From Tubulanus polymorphus (lineage: Eukaryota > Animalia > Nemertea), in contig NC_134029.1 in NCBI RefSeq assembly GCF_964204645.1, positions 19,090,950 through 19,154,949 of the forward strand: a DNA stretch of 64,000 nucleotides. Reading direction: 5' to 3'. A program made the translations under genes and the position numbers. The notes beneath the pieces were generated by a model. The model made no database searches, was not told the origin of the DNA, and saw only the letters and a program-made list of their open reading frames with translations. Shown piece after piece: positions 38,296-51,697 of this stretch. Positions within the stretch are counted from its first letter, which is position 1; each line of letters starts with the position of its first letter.

Positions 38296-40483
38296 TACCA
38301 AGGTATAAATGTATAATAAAAATCATTGTAGTATGCATTTAAACTTTGCCGATGTCATGTGATCGTATTTTAGTATGTGCGCGCTGAGGGTAGCTCATAA
38401 ACTGCCTTTTTCAAATGTTTTCAAATCCCAAGGCCCAATGTTGCAAATATGCAACATTGCTTAAAATGGGCAAAAATTAGAGATTGAGGTAAATTGTTAT
38501 TTCGTTGTTTTATCTGCATGTGTTGGAAAGATAGAGATTTTTTTCACGTATTTCATGAGGTGCGCCCTGGAGAGTGAATATAGGTTGAAAAAAAACATTA
38601 TGTTAGTTTGATATCGAATTCGGACTATGTTAGACAATGCACACCTAGCTCTTTCTAATCATCGATTCAGATTTAACGAAACAGAAATCTTGAAATGTTT
38701 GGCCTCGATGTTCTGTACAGAACTTATCGTAGTTAAAACTAGATGGCGTTAGTGTCATGCAGTCTTGGGTGAAGTTTAGACAAGAGAGTGACGGTGTGTC
38801 GATAGTTTTCGACAGTGAGCATAATTCCATTCATCGGCGACAACGTCGACGACGTCGGGAGTACTTGATGGATCGTAGTTCTGCGAATACCTGACAGGTG
38901 TCGTTACCGTCGTTTCTGCTGTATCCGTGCGTTGTTTAGTACACGATGATGATACCGGCGTTGTTGTTGGAGCGACGAGGTCGTCGAAATGTGGCAACCT
39001 AAACGGCCGACGGTAATTAGGTTAATTACTCGGCATAATTAACGATAATCAGCAATGAATTGAGACGCGCAGCAGACGGACGTGGTTGTTGTTAGACATG
39101 GTTCATTTTAGCCGCGAGAATGGAACAAACAGATTCACCGTGGAAACGTGTTGCGCCAAATTTAGTCAAATGGCCAAATATGGAAAAATTGACAGCGTAC
39201 GTAGATTTTTAGCTTTTATGTTTATCAGTTCGTCGTTTTTTCGATGTTTCGAAAAACTTTTTTTCGTTTTATTTTTCATATCGCGTCCATTCGAAATCTA
39301 AATTTCATTTGTCTCAATTTTTCACATGATGACTGTAACAGCTGAATTAAGGAGATTGCTTTGAACAGGTTGCATTTCCATCTTTCATGCCCCATGGCTA
39401 TTTACCTCTAAGTTTATAGACAGTATGCTCAGTACAAATCAGTAATGTCTGTATTTTTTTCTTATCTTAGAATAGGGATTGACCGTGTTATTTATTTAAT
39501 TTGGTTTTATATATTCATTAGATTTCGTATGATTTGGTGTCTTGCTTACAAACCGGCACCACACCTGCCAGGAGCGAAACAGGGTGTTCGATTTTTAAAT
39601 CGGAAATCAAAGTACAGATAAAGTAATGCGAGGAGATGCATGTTCTTAGGTTTAGTCGGTAACCTTAAATATTGCTCCATCCCAAATTCATACAATACGA
39701 CAATAGTTTGCGAAACTATCCCTTCTCGGGATGGAAGTTATTGTATCGTAGCGTGAAAATTGTTGTATAGTCCCTATATCGTAACTATGGCGATAAATTC
39801 GTCTTCATTGTTCGTCCAGCATAAGTTTATAAAGAATATCGACCAAAAAAAAAACCGATTCGGACGGAAAAGAATACCGATTGTTTTTGTCGTTATTATT
39901 GGTTGATTCGTGTGCTCTGCGGTCTGCTGAGCGTCACTTTCGTTCATTCGCGAAATTCAAAAAATTTAAATAGCAATAATAGTAATGATAATCGTTATTT
40001 ACATTGAAATGATCACATAATATAACAAGCATTGTTACAGATATTTGATTAGATATGTTACAGGAGTTATAATGTCAATTGAAGACACCCAAGAAGCAAA
40101 ATGCTCGTAATAACGGATCAGCTCAGCATAGTGCTTCGATCACATACGCGCTCGCATTGGTCCAAAAGAAAAATGAAATTAAAGAAAAATTCCATTATGT
40201 GATAAATGGCAAAAACTTGATACTTATAGTGCGTTGGAAGCAATTTTTGATTGCCGTGGCCAGTTGCCGATTTCTGACAGGTTCTGTTTTATTGCCGCCG
40301 CGAATTTACTCCAATTTGTCAAAAAATTATTTGAAGGAAAAAATGGTCATTCAGTAAATTATTGCTGCAGCTTTCGCTGTTGCAGTCGCTACAGTTCCAA
40401 CGCAGCTAATAATTGATATAGCCAGAAATTGCAATATTTTTGAATTTGTGTTTAAGTTCGCTCAGAGATTTAGAAATTTGTAA

Positions 40484-40948
40484 AGCCTAGCGCACATCGA
40501 CACTGCGATTGGAGACAACTAGTTGCCAGGCAGTTTTCGGCACATGAGAGCAACTGGCTGGATACAATCAGTTGCTCGAATATGTCGATGTGAGCGAGCT
40601 TACGACTGGTTAGCGTCCATCTATCTCCAGTTCCACCCAGTTGCTCATGTTCTACTTTTGAGCAACTAGTTGTACTCAGTTGCTCTCATATCCGTCGATG
40701 TGAGCGCTCCATAATCAACAACACATGGTTGTAACTGACTAAAACAAAGCTATTTGTCACGTGACTTGTGATGCCCTCAAGAATATTTGCTAAACCACAT
40801 CTCAGTTGCTGTCGATGTGTGCGCTATGGACCTAGCGACCAGCATGAGCCACGCAGTTGCTGGTTTTTACTAAATTTTCGATGTGCGCGGGGTACTCGCT
40901 CACTAGCAACTAGTTGTCTCAAGTCGCTTTGTCGATGTGCGCTAGGCT
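40484..40948. mobile_element. PIF/Harbinger-like MITE
   Basis: TAA-AGCCTAGCGCACATCGACA...TGTCGATGTGCGCTAGGCT-TAA, with internal GTCGATGTG repeats; a related fragment lies at about 18755-18910. Confidence 0.85.
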
Positions 40949-43900
40949 TAAGCTAACGTGTAGGTTTTTGCGAAAGGCTTCCGTAATTCAGCGCGCTCTC
41001 GTTTATGTTAATAAAGCAATTAGAGCCGTTTCAAATTGCTGAATGAATTTCGACCAGACGAATTCAAACCGACTTAGTTATTCGATTTATATATCACGGT
41101 TCCCTCGATAAAAGGCTCATTTCAGGTGGTTGTACTGTGAACGCTTAATGTCAGCCCCCGACAATTCATTTTCCCGATGATAATTTTTCAACACACTACT
41201 TACGTACTTTCCTGTATCGTAATATTTATTCTTTCTCGACGAGAAATTTCGCTTCGAATGAATCGCTAATTGAAAGCCGCGTTTTCGAAGTCACGGCTTA
41301 CGTAACAACTGTATTTTTTAGTCGAAGAGACTCGGCGTGGAGCGACGACGATGAATATTTATTCCGATGTCGAAGACTTACCGGTATCGACTAATTCAGC
41401 GCCGGCCTAATAGACCCTCGAGATTTAACGGAGAATTTTGTGAAAAATCTGCGTTCGAAGTCGTTTTCAGCGTATAAATCTTTTGCGTAATCCGGTTCAA
41501 GACCCGGTAAAGGACAAGGTTTTATCGGTACAAATCCTGATAAATAATTACACTACCATCATCAGTTGCCATGCCACGGAGATGATTCGGCCCGGTCCAA
41601 ATTGGCACGGGTTGGGCTCCGAGTCAAATTTGATGCGTGCCTAATTAGAATTAGATTTAATTCACATGCAAACCACTCACTTGATACTTAACAATGGAAC
41701 TTCTGGAACCAGTTGTAATTCAAATGATTTGACCAAGGCCTGACCCAACATTTTTGGGTGAGCCCATTTGGCACCGACGTGAACTGATTGATGTTCCTGA
41801 CCTAATTTAGCAGGGGCGAAAAATGCTCGTGCGATCACGCTATTAGCTATCTTACAACCACTGTGACTGTTTCCCCCAGCAGGCATACATATATATCATG
41901 TTTTTGGGGTTATTGCTTTCTGGTTCGTGTATACTTTTGAGCGAAATGTCAGAACAAGTGATGAAATCACTAACGAAAACGAATAATCCGTGGGTAAAGC
42001 CGATAAACTATCCTCAACTATGCTCGTACACCGGGGTTCGCGCTGAATAATTGCGCCGTGGCAAAATGCCGTCATCGTATCGCCGGCATCGTATCGCCGG
42101 CTTGTTTAGTATCAACTGGTGTGTTTTTTTTGTGACGGTTTTATTGCCCTAACCGAGTCGTGTGTCGGGTGGAGAGAACGGCGCGTTATGTTTACCTGTT
42201 AATACGGACGGGTTTTCTCGACTGCGGTGATTAGTATGCGAATGGCCGATAACCGAGGCTGATTTATAATCATTATACGCCGGCAGTGGCGATGTATCCC
42301 GACGTAGATCGCGGCGCGATGATGGTTTGCGGTAATAGTCCCCAAACACCATCGTCTTCTTTGTACGCTATGTTAAGGTGGTCTCTTCATCTTCGAATGA
42401 AAAAATCATTTTCGATGTGAGAATCTGCCAATGCTTCAGTGGCAAGTGTTAAAAAAATGTTTGTAAATTTGTACTTTTTGCTCTACGCAAATTATTTTTT
42501 GTCGGCATTATAATATGAATGAATGAATGAATGAAGGACACACGCCACTGGGAAATATGTTTCCCTGTGTCATATGCATTTATGAGAAATGAGTAACTCG
42601 GTTTCAGCTCGGAGTAATCAAATGATTACTCAAAGGTTTCGGGAAACAACGGTTTCCGGGATCAAACGTGTTTGTTTCCAGGTTTCTGTGTTTCCCTGTT
42701 TCCCTATGTCAAGTATGTTTAGCTTCAGCTTGCGTACGGTGCGACCTCAACACTGTATCTTTGACTCAATCAAAATCGATCCATGATCTTCTCAATCGTG
42801 CCATATTCGAACCGTCTAGAGACATGATTTATCTAATCTCTGGATGTAGTCGCCTAAAAATCAAAGCTCATTGAAAATAAACCGATTAAATAAACTATCT
42901 CTGACATGCACCATCTTATAGCTGCAATCACACAAGCCTTTTTGGTCCATGCCAAATTTGGTCAAAACAGTTCACACGTTTGCCCATGCCTATTTGGCCT
43001 GACCAAAAACGTTGGACCAGGCCTGAGCAAAATTTTAGCGCGAGACAAATGATGGCATGTGAATTGCAACTGGTACCGGAAATGACCCACTTCGGTTTGT
43101 TAAGTATCGAGTGAGTGGATCAGTTAAAGCGCATTCTCTAATTAAGCACGGGCCAAATTTGACTCGGGCCCGATCAGTGCCAATTTTGCCCAGGCCAAAT
43201 CGTCTCGTGTGATCGGGGCTATTTTTTAGCAGTGTAGTTCATATTCATCATCTCAAACCACTGTATACATCTCGATGTACTTATGTTTACAAAAGTAATT
43301 AGAAGTTGACATTTTGATGCACAGTTTTATGAGTCGTACGTATTCTGAAAAGAATGATGGATGGGAATCTTGAACCTTTGCTCTTTCGATTCTGATTCGG
43401 CTGATGGCAGATTTTCCGACACTGTGTACAGAGAGCGTATTACGGGGCCGGATGCGCGCCTCCGCAAAATTGATACGATCCGTAAACATTGCCGCCGCCG
43501 CCGTGAAAAATGATGAATTCGCGCCGTTACTCGTCGTCGTGTGTCTCGGGATTAATTCACGTGTTTGATAAACGATTTGTTTAATATAAAACATCGCCCG
43601 GTTGAATGTTTACCGCGGGTAATGGATGAAGAACTCTCGGGGCACGTCGGGAGTTTATTAATAATGCGCTCTCGTGTCCCGGGTTACTCCGCGCGCCGCA
43701 CTCGTGCAAGTTCTAGCCCGACGATTGTAGACTTCTCCCGGACCGTGAAGTATCATCGAAATCGCTCGAGTATCATTGCGCGCAAATGTAATATATATTT
43801 CTTCGTTTCATCGCGGGGCCACTTTTACTTTATTGGTTTCTTGTTTTTCATAACGTATCTCATTCGTTAATAATCATCGCTGTCTATAACTAACTGATAT

Positions 43901-44063
43901 AACGCGAGAAATGTTTTCAATTTTCGTCGGATGAAAAGTTCATTCGTTGTTTCTATGATTGAGGTTCGGTTATGAAATTAGAAGGCTAAACTCCATGATC
44001 ACACAACCCAAGTCGAATTTGGCCAGTTCCTAGAGCGTGTTCACAAACATAAACAACTCAACA

Positions 44064-44118
44064 CTGTGCTGTGCTGTGCTGTGCTGTGCTGTGCTGTGCT
44101 GTGCTGTGCTGTGCTGTG
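44064..44118. repeat. (CTGTG)n pentanucleotide repeat
   Basis: 11 units seen directly. Confidence 0.97.
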
Positions 44119-44316
44119 AGTAATTTTCAGAACCCAGTAAACATTCACGCGCAACGATTTGGTCCATACTAAAATTTGACCAAAATGTCAGACAAGGCAT
44201 TGGCCCACATGGCATTCATATGAAAATTTTACCAAGGCCTAAACTGGCATGGATTGGAAACGCTCATGGCTCGAAGGTTGGAATCAGAAACTCAACCAGT
44301 TCCCTGGGTTAATGAG

Positions 44317-44590
44317 GTGCCAGGTTACAGGCTGAATCAACAATAATCTTCAAGAAAACCGTCTTTACAGACTTAGGTGTGATCAGAGACTTTCTAGTTA
44401 AATTGACATGTTGAATTGACATTTGGGAACGTGCCAGGTTACAGACTGAATCCACTGCAATAATCTTCAAAAAGACCATCTGATGTTTACAGTTATGAAG
44501 TTACAGACTTGCGTTAAATCAGAGACTTTCTGGTTAAATTGACATTTCGAATTGACATTTAGGAAGGTGCCAGGTTACAGGCTGAATCCA
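44317..44590. repeat. ~115-135 bp tandem duplication (2 units plus part of a third)
   Basis: GTGCCAGGTTACAG.CTGAATC recurs at 44317, 44431 and 44567. Confidence 0.85.
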
Positions 44591-44669
44591 CAAATGTCTG
44601 ATGTTAAAACTTTTGAAGAGATTGGAGTTGTTGATTAGTTGTAACGTTGTAAACGTTGTAATTGAGCTT

Positions 44670-44937
44670 CTTAAAAAAAACATCGCCTAGCCAGCTATCC
44701 AAAGATCTGTCCGAAAAAAATGATGTACACGTACCAACTTTTCGATGATCATTTAAAAAAAAGAAATTGAGCTCCTTGGATGAAATTTGAATTCAACGCA
44801 TAAATATCCCGTGCTGCGGCCGCTAGGCTTAAGATCACTGAAATGATAGAATTTGATCATCAAAACGTTGGTACGTGTACATCACTTTTTATTCCTACAG
44901 ATCTTTGGATAGCTGGCTAGGCGATGTTTTTTATAAG
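44670..44937. mobile_element. Palindromic MITE with ~85-bp arms
   Basis: AAAAAACATCGCCTAGCCAGCTATCCAAAGATCTGT / ACAGATCTTTGGATAGCTGGCTAGGCGATGTTTTTT is a perfect inverted match, continuing through TGATGTACACGTACCAAC. Confidence 0.8.
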
Positions 44938-45071
44938 TATAACATTCGAGCTTATCAGCACGCTCCTCCGAACTTATCGAACTTATCACGCGGGTATAAA
45001 AGAAATATGATCGCTCATTTATGCCCGGATTAAGCTTATCGAAGATTGATAGCTACAGGCGGTTTAACCTT

Positions 45072-45074
<3 letters not shown>

Positions 45075-45105
<31 letters not shown>
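45075..45105. repeat. (CT)n microsatellite
   Basis: Seen directly. Confidence 0.95.
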
Positions 45106-45106
<1 letters not shown>

Positions 45107-46364
45107 AGAAATACTGCTGCTTTGAGTGAAACGAGAAAGTCAGGTAAACACTTGATGCAGAATCCAGGTGCGCGAGTGTTCCCACGAGAGAGAGCTTCGT
45201 TCCTCTAGTACGTTGATATTACGAAATATTTCGCGTGGCGTCTGCTTCGTTAGATTTAATGTATCCGGCATCGTCATAACCAGACGTACTCCCGCTGTAT
45301 AATACAGGTATGTTGATCATTTTTCTCATCATCCGTATCATCGTCCAGAAATACGTTATTGACATCTTCATTATCATCATCTTCACTATCATCATCTTCA
45401 TTATCATCACATTCGACCGTCGGATCTCGCTGACTAACTGGATCGCGCGCGGTCACGCACAAAGGTCGCCAGAGTATGACGGCATATCGACGGGATAAAT
45501 CTTCAGTTACTCGCTTCCGAAAATTGGCCTGTCAAGTTGTAGATCAGTGATCACGAATATTCATCGGCCGGATTAACTCTTGTCAGGTTGTTTCGTCGGG
45601 CAGGTTTTCTTTATTACGCGATCTAGTGGAGTAGAGCGTGAAGAGAATTAAGCGCGAAACGGTCGCGCCGCCAGCCTTAACCACAAATCTTGCAAAACGC
45701 CAAACGCGCGCATGGAAACATGGAATTGAATTGATTTCGTAAACTTTATTTTCTGAAACCTGTTTCCAGTTTCTCGTAAACAAACATGACTCAGGGAACT
45801 GCTCGGAAACATTTCTGTCTGTTTCCGTGTTTTCCTTCATCGTGTGCTAGGCTTGATGAATGATGAAGCCCTACAATTCTTGAAATGAAAATCTACAAAA
45901 ATTTGGCTGTTATGATCAGGTGGACCAGGTGGAATGATTCCAACTGATGATGACTGTTACCAAAAATACATCCTCTTTATGTATTTTTGCTGTTCGTCAA
46001 TAGCAGTAATGTAGTTTCATTTTGATAGATTTTATGAATAAAATCCTATTGTGGACGTATTCATTCATCTACAGTTTACACGCATTAGAGTGTTTTATTC
46101 AACTACTATTGGGTTTGATGCTTCCACAAGGACTTTTGATAAGTGACATGTGTAAATTTCAAAACTGAAGTGGTTCTTGATCGAGGACATTTTCTAAACC
46201 TCGAACCCGTTCGCACTACTCCCAACAGCGGGTTCTTTGTCACAAACATCTTCGGTAGTTTTTGATGCATTTTCGTAGGGAGGACCTTTCAAATCTCCAG
46301 CCAAAACGGAACTTCTATTTCTGGCGTATAGATAAATTGAACTGTATATTACGAGTTCGAGATA

Positions 46365-46788
46365 GGCTGCGTTCACACTAGGATTTCAGTACGGTACTAA
46401 GCGTTCACACTAGGAAATTATTCGAGGCCTATTCGCGGCTTATTCAGTTCCGTACTGAAAATCTCAGCTTATTAAGCGCGGAATGCGATTCCGCGCCGAA
46501 AACCCGATCTCAGTACGGAACTGAGCTGGCCGCGTATTTTCTGTAGTGTGAACACAGATTCGGCACTTAGCTAGCCGCGTATTTAAATCCTCGTAGTGAA
46601 AAATACTAAACAGTAATTACACTCCCCTCTATTGGCACACTGGGTGACTACTATACTGGGCTTACTAAGTGCCGAATTGCTGACTCGTAGTGTGAACATA
46701 ACTGGCTGTATAAGCGCTGTATTTTGGTGAATTCGGCACCAGCGAAGTACGTTACTTCGTAAGCGCCGAATCTATTGTGAACGCGGCT
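46365..46788. mobile_element. PIF/Harbinger-like MITE
   Basis: ATA-GGCTGCGTTCACA...TGTGAACGCGGCT-ATA, with internal GTGTGAAC repeats. Confidence 0.75.
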
Positions 46789-49700
46789 ATACTCTTCATC
46801 GTCATCGTCGTCGTCGTCGCAATCTGTGTTTGCAAGAATATTAATTTGAAACAGTATTCTCCAACGACGCACGCACGCACGAGCAAATGTGATATGTAAT
46901 CTGTGATGGATTGTTTAATTAATTCTCGATATTTCATCAGCCGTACGTCGGTCGGTCGACGATATTTTCAATATCTCGTCGGTCGCCCGCTTTTCAATTA
47001 TATCAAGTTAATCGCCTATTATCGAACCACCCGACGCTATACCACGATATACCACCCACACCGCGCGCGGTTAATTGATATCGGTATTCCGCTATTTGCT
47101 GGGTCAAAGTTACCCGAATTCCGGAGAAAGCTCGTTCCCGGTATCGTGGTATGCTTTTGTCCCTGATATATCGTGCAGATGATTAAAAATCTATATATCT
47201 ATACATGATCTGTATAAATTGTGAATTCTTGTAGATATTTTTGCGACGATGTTGATGTTGCTATCATTGCTATGTTTCGATCAGAATGTTTCTAATGTTT
47301 TTATGAAAGGAGTATTTTATTACCCAATATTTTCATTCGTTGCAAACGTAGGCATCTGACAATCAGGGGCAGACGCAAGAAAACCCTCTCTGTGCCAACC
47401 AGGGTTAGTAAACTGTGGTAAGATGTTGGGTGCAGGATTACACTGTTAGCTAACTATTGTCACACCAAATCATGGTTGAAGGCACTGTTAGTGCTCACCG
47501 TGGTTAGACTAACCTACGCACTAAAATAACCGCGATTTCGTGCAGCCTCTTCTTAGACTTAACTACTAACTCAAGGATACATTTTGGATTTTATGTATTG
47601 AAATGAGGAATTACGGCTAAAATTTTGTATATCCATAAAAGCCTACTAACTAGGCTTAATAGATGAACTGAGCTTGGAGCTTTCCTTGAAAACGTGCTAG
47701 AAACACCTGTATGAAGAGACATATACTCTGGCGTTATGGTATATTCTCATGTATACAATGAAATGAATGTCGAAGTCTGTCGCATTCATTGATAAGTTCA
47801 GAGTGAATTGAATCAAAGAAATTGATATTTACACTAGTTGCCTCTCTTGAAGTAAGTCTGATTGATTATCAACGCACGGGGTGGCAGGCGTTATGAGTAG
47901 ATATTATTATAATATATATAGATAAACGTAGAAAGTCTTGTGAACGCGACCATCTGACTGCATCGGAAGACGACGATTAATCGGACTTTCCTATATCCGG
48001 TTCGCCACTCCGTCTCAGTCGTTGTCGCTGCCGTACACCCCCCCCCCTGTCTAAATAATGGTATTCTCGAAATCGCTGTAGGTGATATCCGACAACTGTC
48101 TTTCACGAGTACATGGTAGAACACCGGCACCGGCAAAACATGAAACATTCATCGATTTCCGAGCGCCGTACAAGAGCTTCTGTGCCTTATTCTTATTCTT
48201 CGACCGTATCGGAGCTCGACTCGTTTCTCTCAATTCAGAAGAGCAGTGACTGTAAAAGATTAATTCTGAAAGCGCGTTCGCTTTTCTGACGACGCGCAGC
48301 GCTCTTTGGAATCGTCGCCAATTTTTCAGATCTCGTATTTGAATAAGATCGCTTCATGTTTCGGGTAGGCTTTGATGATTCAGGATGGCGTTTCCTGCGC
48401 AAAGTAGATGCCTTTTGTCGCCCCTTTGTTGTAAGATTGGTCTCATCGTAATAATCTTCTCTGCGCCGAGTTTCATGAAAAACTTCGAAGCTTCGGTATG
48501 AATTGTTGTCCTCGCTGAATATGCTAGAGTCAACTGTGTTGATCCTTATAGAATCATTCAGAGAGTAACTTTCTGTTAGCTCTTGGTGGCACAAATTGTA
48601 ATCAATGGATATAAACAACTGATATTTTTTAGGAGGGAAATAGGTGGTGGAATTGATATGGCTAGTTTCGTCCATCAGCTCTAAGTTTGTAAGTGCTGGG
48701 AGAAAATGCGCAAAATTTCAGTGAATTTTTCCCCATTCTACTAATCGATTCTTGACCTTAGTTCCTGACATCACAGGGAAAGCCCTTCAGAAGGGCATCA
48801 CTTGGAAATCCCTCTAGAAGGGCTTTCCCAGTGACATCATTATCAAGAACTGTTCTACCATGTACTTGTGAAAACCCATTACCATGTATATCATCAAAGT
48901 TGAACATGCTTATGACACGGTCTACGATGATTTCATCCTTATCAGCTATACGTTATTGCAAATCCATGAACAAATCTATTTTGGTACATGTTTTGAAAAT
49001 ATCTTCGCAAAAAGCTGGATAAAAAGCTTGATACAGTAGCATGTATAGCGGGTTAACCGATGGTTCATTTTCTGCGGCTATAAAGACCCCGATCTCCGCC
49101 ATGATGACCGTTTTCCCATGTCGCTGGAACTAGTACTTGGCGGTCAATATACGCCGGTACCTTATTGCGCTTTATTTGGTTTACTAAGTAGTGTTGTTTA
49201 TGCGCGCTCATGTGTCTCGAGACACATTCCTGGGCGGAAAGAGCTAATGAAATTCCGATGCAAATGGATGTCCGGTTAAGTGACTTCGCGTAAGAATGAA
49301 GGATCTGTAGACCTGATTTTCAAAGCTGCCGAATAAATTCTGTTTATTGCTTACGGTCTGTTGGTCGCGTATGGATGATTCTGATTGGTGACATTTGGTC
49401 GACGCAATCCAGATTGTGTAAAACATCTTTTAACCTTTTCGATGCTGACTAATTGTTACTCTGATGTGCTGAAGATAATAAATATCCACCCCTTCGTGGA
49501 GTGAATAACAAGCATACCGCTGAAGGGCATTACACCACGGTGCGGTGTATCATTAGTTACTTATATTACAACATGTATACGTACTGCTATCTTTCCAGAG
49601 ATTTTCACTAATTACTAATTACATCAATACACTGATGCGGTATACTATCAAAATTCATCACAAATTATACACCGTACAGCGGTGCATACACACTGAAAGG

Positions 49701-51409
49701 ACCCAATTCCTCCCAGAGTTGAAATTGTTTATTTCATTTACAATTATCTATCATACTGAAATACAGTATATATGTATAGCTTTTATATACTGGTATTTAG
49801 AATCTGTAGAACTTGGCCCTGGTGTTTGTTGGCCTCCTTTACCACAATGGGCACCTCCAAAAACCAAGAACCCCTTCATATCTCAACAGTGGCAACTGAA
49901 TATTTATCATTTTTAGCAATCCTTTGTTTCCTATAATGACGATAATGAATAATCAGCAATTCATTGATGAGTTAGCTTATTTCATCGAAAGTACACAGCA
50001 ATCTATCTGGTATATGTTGATATAGAAGCAGCTTGTCCAAATTGATGGCGCCTGAATATTCTCGTGACCATTACGAAAGGCTTCGTGATTACATAGATGG
50101 ACCTGTTTTCTTCCCTGCAGAGTTCCGCACTTCATCGGCAGCGATTGATTTTTTCCCCTGGCAGAAAACCATGACTCATTTATTATTATCCAATTCAGGT
50201 GATTTGATGCGTATGGACGCGTGTAGTACGGTTAATTTCACTAATCAACTCGCTGACGCCGCCGTCAGCTTTCTCAACATTAGTCACAACTTCATCTGCT
50301 CCGCACAACAGCATCGTAAAGACAAGACCAAATCTGGAGATATGATGTTACCAATGATGTTACCTGTTAAGCCAGGAATGGAAGCTGCTATTAGGAAATG
50401 AAGATTTTGGTTAGTTTTTGAATAGTAAAGTCTGAAAAGTGTTTCTTTTGGATTTTGATATCAGGCCTTATCTGGACTCAACTGCCAGAATAAAGATTAA
50501 CTCCAGAACAGCTCTGAACAAGTCGTTATGGGACCAGCACCAAAAGTCATAGTCACGGCTTAGACTTAAGACCAGTCTATGACCATCCTGGTTCTTTAGA
50601 CATTCTAACAACCTGAAGCCAGTCTTAAGATTGATGACTACGCGGGTACTTCTAGACTTAAGTCTCAACTTCGTAACTGGCCTTAATTCTACAATCTGAA
50701 CTGTGGACCACCGAATCTCTCAATTCTTGGAAACCAGCACCGACCAAAGCACTTGGAGGGTCGAAGCGGCCCCTCGACAATGCAGAATTGTTCTTGACCT
50801 GTATGGGCCTCATATTTAATAGATCTGTAGACACGACAAGCAAGACCACAGATATACTACTACATGACATATGGACACCCTGTACTGAAAGTATTAGGTC
50901 TGGCCATACACTCACTCGGCAATAATACTTTCATTCAGGCCTACTTCAAACAAGCGGCTGTTTTTTTCCATGTACAACGTGCGTGACAAGAAAATACCTC
51001 CGCAGGGGTCCCATCATTAATACTTGATGATTATTTCACCGGAACTTTCCGTTCTCAAATGTACGCCGGTTTCATGTAATTGATTGATTAAAATGTGTAT
51101 TATACGCCGCCGATCGAGGGGCGTCCGTCTGTCCCGAGTACCAAGACAACAACAACGACTGATGACGACGACAACAGGCTGTTTCAATATCAAATCCAAT
51201 TCGTAAACTCATAGTTATGATTATACAGTTTGTAGTGAGTCTGAAAAAGTCAAAAAAGTGCTTTTGGAAAAATTCAGTGTAGGCTTTGATTAGTGTTTAC
51301 TTTCCAGGTAAAATCCTGCAAGTGCTGAAGTCGAAAAGTACATACTTTTCGGACTCAATGTCAAAAGGCCTAAGCATTTTTTCTTATTTCATGAAAAAAA
51401 TACCTTTTA

Positions 51410-51697
51410 CCCTTTCAGTGCTGACTGATAGATACCCTATAGTGCTGGAGATAATTTGAAAGTTTTGAAAAATTCCATCCTAGTGTGTTGAATGACAGGA
51501 ATACCACTATAGTGCTTCTACATCGTGGCTTGGTGTATCGTTAGTTACTAATATTTCATTATGTTTGACAGGTGCTACAATCTTTCAAAAGAGATAAAAA
51601 CTAATTACTTATTACATCAATACATCATGATGCAGTGTACTAGAAAAGTTCATCACCGATTTATACACCGCATTGCGGTGTAGACGCGCTGAAAGGG
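51410..51697. mobile_element. piggyBac-type MITE, same family (more degenerate copy at 49434-49700)
   Basis: CCCTTTCAGTGCTGACT...GCGCTGAAAGGG with TTTA/TTAG flanks. Confidence 0.8.

Noticed and set aside
45219-45498. Acidic or Ser/Ile-rich ORFs
   Set aside because: Produced by a degenerate (TCA)n tract; no splice-compatible frame found.
50033-50401. 122-aa plus-strand ORF
   Set aside because: No recognisable motif and no convincing splice sites linking it to the kelch-like gene.
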